Shown here: positions 29,831-39,285 of the stretch, one piece after another
Numbering within the stretch: position 1 is the first letter of the stretch
Layout of the letters: every line of letters begins with the position of its first letter
Assembly (NCBI GenBank): GCA_016201405.1
Contig: JACQCZ010000017.1
Coordinates: 89,227-153,226, forward strand
Length of the DNA: 64,000 nt
Direction: 5' to 3'
Source of the DNA: Candidatus Acetothermia bacterium
Lineage (GTDB): Bacteria; Bipolaricaulota; Bipolaricaulia; RBG-16-55-9
Translations under genes and position numbers: made by a program
The notes under the pieces: generated by a model
What the model was told of the DNA's origin: nothing
Seen by the model: the letters and a program-made list of their open reading frames with translations, nothing else
Databases searched by the model: none

Positions 29831-32800
29831 TTAGCTGAAGTTGGGAAATTTACGCAATTGCTCTACAAGCCCCTGATATAAAGCCTCGCTCTCTAGAGCG
29901 GAAGTGAGCTTCTTATGAAGAGTTCTTGCGCTGCGCGGATGAATCTCCAGGCGGTCGATCAGCGTATCTCTTGCACCCTCATTGCTGCCTAAATCTGCGA
30001 TCAGCAAAAGACCTTGAAAGAGCTTGGAGATAGGCAGATTGCTGTTGGCAAAGATCGTCCCTGTGCGGTCGGCAAAGGTCTTTTTGCAATTCGTGCAGAG
30101 ATAGCGCTTCTCTCTTGAGCTGCTTACATGGCCATGAATTCGCACCTTTTGCCCCTGGCAATAGGGACAAATCACTCCATTGGCCCAACGGATCCGCCGC
30201 AGCAGCTCATAGCATTCCGGGTCGTCGCGCTGAATAGATCGCACAGAATCCTCCAGACTCTTGGCAATCTCGCTGTGAATAGGGACATTCTTGAGGTAAC
30301 TCGAGCGCAGCCGCTCATTGCATATTTTTGCAGCCTGCTCCATCAGAATGTGATAGGCTTTGCGGAGCGAGGCCTTCGCCTCCTCGGGGCGGTCCATGCC
30401 CGACAAGACCTGATAGCTGCGAAACCAGACCCACGGTCCATACAAAGTGTGGTTCAGCACGCCCAAGATCTCTAAAGCCATTTCTGAGCTCTGAAAGGCG
30501 CCTGTGAGATTCCCCAGAATTAGATGGCTGTGACTCTCATCCATGTGAAGAAGCATCTCTTCACCCTTTTGTTTCATGGCGCGGCTGATCACCAATGCTT
30601 CTCGATAATGATCTAAGGCGAGTTGTGGGTCTCCAGAATCATGCAGCATCTCTCCTACGTTTCTCAGCACCACACCCATGTTCCTTTGATCGTTGTTCTG
30701 CCGATGCAGGCGAATGGCCTCTCGCCCTATTTGAATAGCCTGTTGCATCTCGCCAAGACGCCAATAGATTATGCTCAGATTTCCCAATGCCAGTGCTTCG
30801 CCCTGCTGTGAGCGAACTTCACAAAATGTGGTCAAAGAGTCGCTCAGGCACTCTTGTGCCTTTTTGTGCTCACCCAAAAACCAATATACCGCCCCCAGAT
30901 TATTGAGATCGCTGGCACAAGCTCTCCGGTCACCGATCTCTTGGTGAATGCGAGCGGCCTCTCTCATATGTTCGATGGCAACTTCAAATTGCCCGATATT
31001 GTGAGAGGCCAGGCCTAGATTTCCTAAAGAGCGGGCCTCCCCCCGGCGGTCTCCAATCTTGGCCGCTAGCTCCCGAACCTCGCTCAAGATCTTAATGGCC
31101 TCAGAATAATTCTCCTGCGTCCAGTGCATAGCTCCTCTAGCCAGCAGTGTCAGCGCCTTGCCGGGCAAGTCGTTGAGTCTCTCCCGTAATGCCAGCGCTT
31201 CGCTAAGCTGTTTCTCAGCCCTTTCAAAATCTCCTCTGCGCCACGATATACCAGCGAGATAATGCAGAGTTTCGGCGCGACTCTTATCATCGCCAAGCCT
31301 GATTTGCAGCTTGTATTCATCGTTCAGATAACTTAGAGCTGAGTCATAATCGGTCGTATACCAATAAATGAGAGCGATGCTGTGGAGGGAGCGGGCTTCC
31401 AGGGGTTCATCCGATATTGTCTTAGCGATTTCTAGAGCTTTATAACTCTCAAGCTGGGCCTCGGGGTACTTCGTCATGTCAATACAATATTTGGCTCTGA
31501 GGAGATGGGCATGTGCACTTTTAGCAGGATCTTGCAGACTCGCAGAAACCGCCAATACATCCTCGATATCTTTAGCTTGTGCCTCGCGATTGGCCAGGAT
31601 CTCATGGAGCTTTATCCGCTCACAAAGAACCTCAAATTTCATTTCGTCTAGATGAGAATTGGCCTTGTCTTCTGAGGTTAAGCGGGCTAGATGCTCCAAT
31701 GCCCTTTCGGCGAGCGAGAGCCCTTCTGAATTGCGAAAGCCGCGAACTGCGCGTTTCAATGAGGGAAGAATGTCACGGAGTGCCTGCTCATGCAGACCGG
31801 CCAATCCATAGTGATAGGCAAAGAGCTCATAAGGGCGCTGATCGCCGTCTTCCAGGGAGTCTTCTAGAGATGCAGCCCAAATTCCGTGTAGATATGCGCG
31901 GCGATCTTGAGGAATCTCTTGATAGACCACCTCACGGATTTTGTCATGGGCGAAGTTGTAGCCCCCAGGATCTGAGAAGATTACCTGCATCTTCTCGAGG
32001 CTCTCTAGCTTTTGTCTGAGATCCTGCTCATTCTCGCCCAGATCCAATTGCTGACAGAACGTGGAAAGAAGTTTCGGGTCAGCATTCGACCCGATCACAC
32101 TGATGGCTTGTGACAACGTGAGTAGTGGTGGATCCAGCCGGGCGATGCGCGTCCGGATGACTTGCTGAATCTCTTTGGGCAGGCGGCCTTCTCTCTGGTT
32201 GTCAATTTGGCTAATGTGATGCGCCCATCCTCCATCCGGAGCCATCTCGATCCTCTTCTCTTCAAACATAGATTGAAGCAAAAAGACGACAAAGAGCGGG
32301 TTGCCTCCGCTCTCTCTATGCAGAAAGCGCGCTAAGAGATCCAGATGAGGGGTCTGCGGAGCCGTTTTTTGCAATAAATCATCCATCTCTATCCGCGTCA
32401 GGCGGTTCAATAAAAGACTTTTTGTATTCTTCTGGCGCGTTGGATGATCGGCATAACGGACCAGACGCCTGACTGGATGGGATTCATGCACTTCCTCACC
32501 TCGATAGGTGGCCATCAAAAGGACGCGGCTTTGGGACAGGCGTGCGCTGGCATAGTCCATCCAGTCAAGAATGGAAGAGTCTGCCCATTGGAGATCATCC
32601 AGAAAGAGCAAGATAGGAGACTGAGTCTCGCTAAGCCGTAAAAGAAGCTGAGTGACTGCCTCGAAAAAACGCAACCGCTCAAGCTCTGGACCGAGCGTAG
32701 GAATAACTTCTGGGGTTTGGATCAGACCTTCAACACCATGCAGCCAGGGGCGCAGAACAGATAGGCTAAACGCAGGTAGCTCCTCAAGCTGCAGTCGTGA

Positions 32801-33883
32801 GAGCTGGGCAAGCTGATTTCTGATGGCCATCATCAGCGCCTGATAGGGTGTGAGGCTGGCCGACTCGCTGCATCGCCCTTGAAGCACTGAAAAACCGAAT
32901 TCCTGTCGAGCGATTTGGATTACCTCTTGAGCCAGCCGGGTCTTGCCAATGCCCGCCTCTCCTCCAATTAGCACCAGTCTTCCGCTTCGCTCTCGCGTCT
33001 TTTGAAGGCACTCCAGCAAGCTTTCCCATTGGTGTTGACGCCCAGTGAAGGGTAAGCGGCTGAATGAATGGTGGATGGGATGACGCACCAAAGCAGGCGG
33101 GCGGTATTCCGGATCGACACCAGGGACATAGCCAGCGGAAATCTGCTCTCTCAGCCTGCGGGTCTGAGAGTCTGGAAGTCGGTCAAACTCTCTTTCTAAG
33201 AAGCTCTCGCAGTCTTGATAAATCTTGAGCGCCTCGTTGGAGTTTCCCATCAAATAGCAGTAGAGCATCGCTTGCCGGTAGAGGTCTTCGCGAACGGGAG
33301 ATGCGAGTATTGCCTCTCGGCACCGCTCTAGGGCTTGACGATAGTGCCCAAGTTTCGCCAGACAGTCGGCCAGCTCTAGCAAAATAGAGACATGGATCTC
33401 ATTCCAGCGCTGGGAATCGGTAAAGGCCCACGCTTCGTACCGATCTTCAGGCAGATATTCACCTTGAAAGAGACCAAGAGCCTTCTCAAACCACTCAGCA
33501 GCCTGTTCGAGCCTCTTCTCATGCAGAAAACTTCTGGCTCTTTTGGCCGTGTCAAGCAGCTCAAGAATGTCGATCGCACAATTGGGCTGCGGATTAAAGC
33601 GATAGCCTCCTGGGCAGGTCTGCACATATTGATAAGTCGAGCCCGCATGGGGCTCCAGGACTTGACGAAGAGAATGAACCCGTGCGCGCAAGAATTGGAG
33701 GGCTTTCTCAAGATTGACGTCAGGCCAGATATGCTCAATTAGCTGTTCATGCAAAAAGACGCGTCCAGGCTCAGAGAGCAGAATCTTGAGCAAAATCTTG
33801 GCTTGCTCTGAACCCCATTCCTCAATGACAACACCATCTCGATAGACAGTAAGCCCCCCAAGAAGTCTGATGCGGAGTCCCAT
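29831..33883 (-). CDS. SARP wHTH-BTAD / STAND ATPase / TPR regulator with C-terminal IS1595-type Zn-ribbon-HTH
   Basis: LRIRLLGG, PVREDLY (BTAD), GEAGIGKT, LFLDDLQWAD, TPRs, then IRWANGVICPYC...YLCTNCKKTF..RTGTIF. Confidence 0.85.
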   Translation of the reverse strand: MGLRIRLLGGLTVYRDGVVIEEWGSEQAKILLKILLSEPGRVFLHEQLIEHIWPDVNLEKALQFLRARVHSLRQVLEPHAGSTYQYVQTCPGGYRFNPQPNCAIDILELLDTAKRARSFLHEKRLEQAAEWFEKALGLFQGEYLPEDRYEAWAFTDSQRWNEIHVSILLELADCLAKLGHYRQALERCREAILASPVREDLYRQAMLYCYLMGNSNEALKIYQDCESFLEREFDRLPDSQTRRLREQISAGYVPGVDPEYRPPALVRHPIHHSFSRLPFTGRQHQWESLLECLQKTRERSGRLVLIGGEAGIGKTRLAQEVIQIARQEFGFSVLQGRCSESASLTPYQALMMAIRNQLAQLSRLQLEELPAFSLSVLRPWLHGVEGLIQTPEVIPTLGPELERLRFFEAVTQLLLRLSETQSPILLFLDDLQWADSSILDWMDYASARLSQSRVLLMATYRGEEVHESHPVRRLVRYADHPTRQKNTKSLLLNRLTRIEMDDLLQKTAPQTPHLDLLARFLHRESGGNPLFVVFLLQSMFEEKRIEMAPDGGWAHHISQIDNQREGRLPKEIQQVIRTRIARLDPPLLTLSQAISVIGSNADPKLLSTFCQQLDLGENEQDLRQKLESLEKMQVIFSDPGGYNFAHDKIREVVYQEIPQDRRAYLHGIWAASLEDSLEDGDQRPYELFAYHYGLAGLHEQALRDILPSLKRAVRGFRNSEGLSLAERALEHLARLTSEDKANSHLDEMKFEVLCERIKLHEILANREAQAKDIEDVLAVSASLQDPAKSAHAHLLRAKYCIDMTKYPEAQLESYKALEIAKTISDEPLEARSLHSIALIYWYTTDYDSALSYLNDEYKLQIRLGDDKSRAETLHYLAGISWRRGDFERAEKQLSEALALRERLNDLPGKALTLLARGAMHWTQENYSEAIKILSEVRELAAKIGDRRGEARSLGNLGLASHNIGQFEVAIEHMREAARIHQEIGDRRACASDLNNLGAVYWFLGEHKKAQECLSDSLTTFCEVRSQQGEALALGNLSIIYWRLGEMQQAIQIGREAIRLHRQNNDQRNMGVVLRNVGEMLHDSGDPQLALDHYREALVISRAMKQKGEEMLLHMDESHSHLILGNLTGAFQSSEMALEILGVLNHTLYGPWVWFRSYQVLSGMDRPEEAKASLRKAYHILMEQAAKICNERLRSSYLKNVPIHSEIAKSLEDSVRSIQRDDPECYELLRRIRWANGVICPYCQGQKVRIHGHVSSSREKRYLCTNCKKTFADRTGTIFANSNLPISKLFQGLLLIADLGSNEGARDTLIDRLEIHPRSARTLHKKLTSALESEALYQGLVEQLRKFPNFS

Positions 33884-33976
33884 AGTATATCGTTTCCGTT
33901 GACTGACATTTTATTCTATGGTAACTCGAAGAGTCTACAAGTGACAATCTCATTGATTTGGGGGATTCTCAAAGCT

Positions 33977-34010
33977 AGAAAGAGCAGATTGCCTCGAATC
34001 TGCTCTTTCT
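33977..34010 (-). terminator. Intrinsic terminator
   Basis: 14-bp perfect stem AGAAAGAGCAGATT / AATCTGCTCTTTCT downstream of 34039-34395. Confidence 0.75.
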
Positions 34011-34038
34011 GAGTCTATGTCAATCTTTAGCTGCAGAA

Positions 34039-34395
34039 CTAGCTTTGGGGTTTAAGATTCAAGATAACATGACAACTCCCGCTCGATTCAAATTCCAATT
34101 GCACGCCGTCGACACGGAGCTGTGTAAAGCTGAGGCTAGAGGTCGTTTGATCTGCAAGAGAGGTCTTATTGCCATCCGCATTGACCAAATAGAACTCACT
34201 GGTGCAGGTGCTGAGGCTCTGGAAACTGAGATTGGCAGGTTGTACTCCTTGGAACTGGCCCCAATGGGGGTCTGTCGTTTGGGCTTGGGTAGCAGGATAG
34301 AGAAGGCCGAATGCTGCAATAAATAGCCCGACTCCGAAAAGAATTGTCACGCCACGAATGGCCTTGCGATATGTTGAAAATTCCCTGTTCAACAT
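34039..34395 (-). CDS. Small exported hypothetical protein
   Basis: GAGGTG RBS, signal-like hydrophobic segment, two Cys, followed by a terminator. Confidence 0.6.
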   Translation of the reverse strand: MLNREFSTYRKAIRGVTILFGVGLFIAAFGLLYPATQAQTTDPHWGQFQGVQPANLSFQSLSTCTSEFYLVNADGNKTSLADQTTSSLSFTQLRVDGVQLEFESSGSCHVILNLKPQS

Positions 34396-34905
34396 CGCTA
34401 CACACCTCCTTAGGTGTAAATAGACTCATGTCGCTTCTATTCGAGTAGCGATTTGAGGAGCCCGTTGGGACTAGATGGCAATGAATCGTCGGGTAACCTT
34501 GCTACTCGGACAGTTCGGGACCAAGGTCTGCTGTCAAGCTGAGCCCCAGTCTTGATCTCTCTTCCGCCCGTATTGCTTTGTTAGCGCCACTGAACTTCGT
34601 TTTGCCCGCCCACGCGGCTGGAGTGCCGGACTTCGTTTTCAAAGCACAAAGGGCAATGTAGGAGAAGAGCGTTAAAATGAGTGAAATGATGGAAAATTGA
34701 GACTGAAAGCGATCTCAAGTGAAGCAAAGCCATTGAATAGAATCAATGTTGTGTTAAAAGTGGTCCAGCTTCGTTTGGCAGGCACTTGTGACGAATGCTG
34801 TGGTGAGTATTGCGACGTAAGACGGACAACGTTGAGTCAGTCTTATCTATGGATAGGCAATTGAATCGGACGCCTGAGCTGCCTCTTTGCAGACTGCGGA
34901 AGTGT

Positions 34906-35370
34906 CTAAGGGATTGGGGGATTCCCGAATATTTTGGTCAATTGCTGTTGCCGATGGGCAAAGAGTCGCCTTAGATCCGGCTGGACAAACCAGCGCTGAA
35001 TGAGAGAGCCACCATGCACGGCATATTCCACGTCGTCACGCGTCAATGTTCCGCCTTTTTGTGATTCAAACGTGTGAGTGTGAATCCAGAGTCTATAGGG
35101 CCCCTTCCGCTGTTCGTCGACAAAGCGATATGGAGGCTCCCAAGCTGTGATCTCACTCTGCCAGCGAAGCGGTATTCCATGTAACTTGAGCCGATAATCG
35201 ATGACAGCCCCCTTTTGCAGGACGATGGGACTGGGAGTTAGAACCCTAAAGCCAAGCCAGCGTGGCGTGAGAGTCTCTAGATTGTGGGCATCAGAGAAGA
35301 AACGAAAGATTTCACTAGCAGAAGCTGGAAGCCTCTGCTCCATATGCAGATGAAATCGTTTCATTGTCAA
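34906..35370 (-). CDS. SRPBCC family protein
   Basis: NLETLTP, FVDEQRKGPYRLWIHTHTF and DDVEY motifs. Confidence 0.9.
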   Translation of the reverse strand: MTMKRFHLHMEQRLPASASEIFRFFSDAHNLETLTPRWLGFRVLTPSPIVLQKGAVIDYRLKLHGIPLRWQSEITAWEPPYRFVDEQRKGPYRLWIHTHTFESQKGGTLTRDDVEYAVHGGSLIQRWFVQPDLRRLFAHRQQQLTKIFGNPPIP

Positions 35371-36281
35371 TTATTGACCAAAATCTCTCGCACGGCAGAT
35401 TCAAGCTCAGGATATTGAAACTTGAATCCAGCCTGAAGAGCTCGCTCTGGACTTACGCGCTTGCTGGTCAGTAGCTCTGAGGAGAATTCACCCAAGAGCA
35501 GCTTGATGGCAAAAGCAGGCGCAGGCATAAAGGCTGGGCGTCTCATCACTCTGCTTAGGATTTTGGCAAACTCTCTTTGTGGAAGCGGGTTTGGAGAGGT
35601 AGCGTTGATTGCCCCTTCAAGCTGATTCTCCAACGCAAATTGAATCAGCCCCACAAGATCATCCCGATGAATCCACGACCACCACTGCTTTCCGGATCCC
35701 ATCGGCCCGCCCAGCCCTAGCTTGAAGGGAAGCAGCATGGCAGAGAGAGCTCCGCCATTTGGGCCAAGCACGACTCCAATCCGCACATGGGCCACGCGAA
35801 GACCAGACTCTTTTGCGCGAGACGCCTCTCTCTCCCACTCTTGACAGACTTGAGCGAGAAAGTCTGATTGGGACCCTGATTTTACATTCAAGGCTTCATT
35901 GCCTCGATCACCGTAATAACCGATCGCAGAGGCCGAGATCATGACCTTGGGGCGATTCTTCACATTAGAAATTTGCTGGACGAGGTGCCGGGTTCCTAGG
36001 ATGCGGCTCTCTCGAATGGCGCGTTTCTTCGCCTGCGTCCAGCGGCCTGAGACACTCTCTCCGGCCAGATGAATGACGGCATCGACGCCATCCAATGCCG
36101 CGGCTGGCGGAAGGGTCTTTTCGGGCTCTGCCCACAGATAGGCCTTTGTTAATTGAGGTATATTTTTTTGAGCTGAAACTGGATCTCGTGAAAGGGCAAC
36201 AAGAAGATGCCCATGTCCTGCGAGCGCTTCACACAGACGACTCCCAATGAAGCCTGTTGCGCCTGTCAATAGGATTTTCAT
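35367..36281 (-). CDS. TIGR01777 family NAD-dependent epimerase/oxidoreductase
   Basis: TGATGFIG, HLAGE, SASAIGYYG and GSGKQWWSWIH motifs. Confidence 0.93.
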   Translation of the reverse strand: MKILLTGATGFIGSRLCEALAGHGHLLVALSRDPVSAQKNIPQLTKAYLWAEPEKTLPPAAALDGVDAVIHLAGESVSGRWTQAKKRAIRESRILGTRHLVQQISNVKNRPKVMISASAIGYYGDRGNEALNVKSGSQSDFLAQVCQEWEREASRAKESGLRVAHVRIGVVLGPNGGALSAMLLPFKLGLGGPMGSGKQWWSWIHRDDLVGLIQFALENQLEGAINATSPNPLPQREFAKILSRVMRRPAFMPAPAFAIKLLLGEFSSELLTSKRVSPERALQAGFKFQYPELESAVREILVNN

Positions 36282-36336
36282 CTCTTTATCATCCAATCTG
36301 CGATATTTGTTTATCTAGTATGACATATCCCATTAT

Positions 36337-36345
36337 GATTTAGGC
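36337..36345 (+). repeat. Left 9-bp target-site duplication GATTTAGGC
   Basis: Identical to 41823-41831; abuts the left TIR. Confidence 0.92.
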
Positions 36346-36366
36346 GGCTTTGCCTCAAATCTATCG

Positions 36367-36825
36367 TTACACGCCGACTTCTGAGGCAGAGTTGGGACAT
36401 TTGGGGCAAGGGTTTTTTGTTTGTATTGTCTCGGAACTTATTCTTTCAGTTATTTCGTCCAAATCGTGTAGAGAATGCTCCCAAAATCTTAAGACTTTCC
36501 ATCCCTGTTCTATCAAAATGCCATTTATCCTTTTATCTCTTAAAATATTTGAATCGATTTTGTTCGACCAGTACTTCCGGTTCGACTTTGGCCTTCGATG
36601 ACATTGAGGGCATCCATGCCAAAAGCACCCGTCTACAAAAACCGCAACTTTATCTGCTTCAAAAATGAAATCGGGGCAACCTGGAACCTCTTTCATGTGC
36701 ATTCTCCATCCTCGAAGTTTCGCCCTCATCAAAGCGCATCTTAGTCTTCGTTCAGTGGAGACGTTACCCGTTGATCGAACTCGGCTCATTATAGCCGAGC
36801 GTTTTGACCTGCTAACTCTATCCAT
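36367..36825 (-). CDS. vsr: Very-short-patch repair endonuclease
   Basis: RSAIMSRVRS, PGCPD, FVDGCFWHGC and GWKVLRFWEH motifs. Confidence 0.95.
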   Translation of the reverse strand: MDRVSRSKRSAIMSRVRSTGNVSTERRLRCALMRAKLRGWRMHMKEVPGCPDFIFEADKVAVFVDGCFWHGCPQCHRRPKSNRKYWSNKIDSNILRDKRINGILIEQGWKVLRFWEHSLHDLDEITERISSETIQTKNPCPKCPNSASEVGV

Positions 36826-37934
36826 TCTGTTTTTCTCTTGCTGTCAGGCGATATGGGCGGCAGACCATGAAATGCTTCAGCTACTGTTAAATATCTGTTG
36901 GGGACGAGTAATCCAGGGGATTCCGCATGCGTGGGTGTAGGTAGAGTAGCTTTACCCAACTCTTTCTTTGTGCCTATGAAAATGATCCGTTTTCTGAGTT
37001 GCGGAGTTCCGAAGTCCGCGGCGCTCAGTACTCCATAATCGACATTGTATCCTAGCCTTTCCATTTCTCGGAGAATTTGGCGCAAAAAAACGCCCTCTTT
37101 AATTCCTTTTAGTCCCTTCACGTTTTCCATAACGAAATACCGTGGGCAGATTGTGGCCACAAAACGCAAAAACTCTCCAATGAGTTGACCGCGAGGATCG
37201 TCCTCCCCTTTTTGTTTACCCGCTTGGCTGAAAGATTGGCAAGGTGGACCACCATAGATTAACCATATGTCGCTTCTGTCCAATCCTGCCTGTTTAGAGA
37301 ATTCGACCGGATCGTCTACGCCTCGAATATCTCCCAGAACAACTTTTGTGCCTCTGCCTAAATAATGATTTAAGGACTCGCAACAATCTTTGTCGTTGTC
37401 AAGGGCAGATCGGGTGCGAAACTGTGACCCGTCGAAATTGGCCTTGGCCGCGCCGATGTCCATCCCACCCGCTCCGCTGAAAAGACTTATCGCGTCAAAA
37501 TGCTTGAGATTGGGCGCGACTGTAGATGCGTGTGACAGCACAGATCGGAATATCGCTTCCGCCAAGGGAATCGGAACAGCGTTTCCCACTTGTTGTTGGA
37601 CGCTAGTTAGAGTTCCCTTAAATTCCATTTCATCAGGGAAGCCCTGCAAGCGGGCGGCCTCCCGAGGCGTAATAAATCGATTTTCAAAAGGATGTACAAA
37701 CTTGTTAAAAATATATGCGGTAACTGTCAAAGACGGCTTATTGGGGTCTAGTCGAATCATTCTTAAATTCGGTCCGCCTCGTCTTGTGGGGTCTTCCTTT
37801 ACATAAAACCGAAAGCTTTTGTGCCATAGGTGTTCTGGTAGGTCTTGCATTCGCTCTCCGATGCCGAGCGCCGTTATCCGCTCCTGAACTTCTGGACCGA
37901 CTTTTCTCGTTTGGTGATTTAATACTATGCTCAT
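36789..37934 (-). CDS. DNA (cytosine-5)-methyltransferase, circularly permuted
   Basis: Order is TRD, IX (REAARLQGFP), X (QVGNAVP), I (LFSGAGG), IV (GGPPCQSFS), VI (ENV), VIII (QLRKRIIFIG). Confidence 0.93.
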   Translation of the reverse strand: MSIVLNHQTRKVGPEVQERITALGIGERMQDLPEHLWHKSFRFYVKEDPTRRGGPNLRMIRLDPNKPSLTVTAYIFNKFVHPFENRFITPREAARLQGFPDEMEFKGTLTSVQQQVGNAVPIPLAEAIFRSVLSHASTVAPNLKHFDAISLFSGAGGMDIGAAKANFDGSQFRTRSALDNDKDCCESLNHYLGRGTKVVLGDIRGVDDPVEFSKQAGLDRSDIWLIYGGPPCQSFSQAGKQKGEDDPRGQLIGEFLRFVATICPRYFVMENVKGLKGIKEGVFLRQILREMERLGYNVDYGVLSAADFGTPQLRKRIIFIGTKKELGKATLPTPTHAESPGLLVPNRYLTVAEAFHGLPPISPDSKRKTEWIELAGQNARL

Positions 37935-37943
37935 GGTCTTATC

Positions 37944-39242
37944 CTAGAAAGTAAAGATGGATTTAACCCAAGGGTCTCGCGCCGTCGTCTCCGTTAAAGA
38001 GATTATGCCGTCGAATAGATTGAAAAGCTCAGTGCCTGGTGGTAGTTGTGAGGCTATCTTGACGTTGCCAGTTTCGTCTTTAGTCCAAATAATATCTTTC
38101 AATGGTTTAAGAAATTCGTCAAAATGTCGGACCGCGTGAATATTAGACACAACGCCCACTAAATATCGATATTGTGACGCTGGCTTACCCTCCGCGCCCA
38201 GCTTTAAAACTTGGTAGGCGCTCTTTTTAATGTCATCAGTTCTGTCCATCCCGACACTCGTTTTCCCGTCGGACACGGTTTCATACCCTTCGCCCGATGA
38301 GCGTAGAGGCCAAGAGGCAGGTCGCGGTCTTGGGGGGCCACATGCGTTTGTAAGCCAATAAACTGGTGTATTTTCGCGCCCCGCGTAAGAACCAAAAGCG
38401 TGAAGCCAGAACGAGCAGTAGGCGGGAAAGAAAGATTTATCGTCCTTTAGTAATTGGGTGATTCCGCGATATGCCCAATCGCCGTCGCCAGGGCCTTGTT
38501 TTTTGCCTAGCGGGAACTTAGCAATACTCCAATGAAGGGAATCTGATCTGGCTAACATTGGGATGCAAATGGAAATTTCAGAATTGTAAAGATTTACGCT
38601 TACTTCCTCATGGGTCGCAACCGTTATCGATGTATCGTTTTCCTCGACGGTTAATACGTCTGTTCTTACAGCAAGCGGGGAGGTGGTCAGTGGGGCAGAT
38701 TTTATTTCGGCAAAGAGCGCAGTGGGCTGCTGCATATCTCTTTCGATAAATATAACATCTACCGGCTCTGAGGCTTTTAGTATTTCTACGGATTTGTCTG
38801 AGCGAGTCATGAGCTCCCCAAAAAACAAGGCGAGCAACCTAGAGGTCGCCACTCCAATAGTGCCTGATTGTGGTTTTTTGGCCTGGGAATAGTGGAAATC
38901 GCCGGACATGACGCAGTGAGGGCAAACGTTTGTATAAGGGTAATAGCAAGTTGGATCGTCGAGATTCGATGGGCAGTAAATCCATTTTAAGTGGGAAACT
39001 GATCGATAATATTCTGCCGCGACAAGCAAATCGAAGGCGGCGGCCAACAAATATCGACGATCCCTATAGAACTCACTCTCTGTGGCGTTCCCCGGAAGTT
39101 GTGTTGCATTTGTCGCGTCAATAACGGCCCTCAACAGTTCATGCTCCGATGGAGTTATGGGGAAAGGCGATGCGGACTGGATCGCCCTCTCAATCCAATC
39201 ATGATTTTCTAAGTTTGCTTGTTTTTCGATGGGAGCGTCCAT
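37944..39242 (-). CDS. Putative type II restriction endonuclease
   Basis: VDVIFI...FAEIKS PD-(D/E)xK-like motif and CPHC; first gene of an operon with a C5-MTase and vsr. Confidence 0.7.
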   Translation of the reverse strand: MDAPIEKQANLENHDWIERAIQSASPFPITPSEHELLRAVIDATNATQLPGNATESEFYRDRRYLLAAAFDLLVAAEYYRSVSHLKWIYCPSNLDDPTCYYPYTNVCPHCVMSGDFHYSQAKKPQSGTIGVATSRLLALFFGELMTRSDKSVEILKASEPVDVIFIERDMQQPTALFAEIKSAPLTTSPLAVRTDVLTVEENDTSITVATHEEVSVNLYNSEISICIPMLARSDSLHWSIAKFPLGKKQGPGDGDWAYRGITQLLKDDKSFFPAYCSFWLHAFGSYAGRENTPVYWLTNACGPPRPRPASWPLRSSGEGYETVSDGKTSVGMDRTDDIKKSAYQVLKLGAEGKPASQYRYLVGVVSNIHAVRHFDEFLKPLKDIIWTKDETGNVKIASQLPPGTELFNLFDGIISLTETTARDPWVKSIFTF

Positions 39243-39248
39243 AGACTC

Positions 39249-39277
39249 ATTCTAGGAGTATGGTAATAAGCAGTCAA
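39249..39277 (-). promoter_or_regulatory. Sigma70 promoter of the R-M operon (leaderless geometry)
   Basis: TTGACT-17 nt-TAGAAT, then 6 nt to ATG 39242. Confidence 0.6.
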
Positions 39278-39285
39278 TATTTCCC

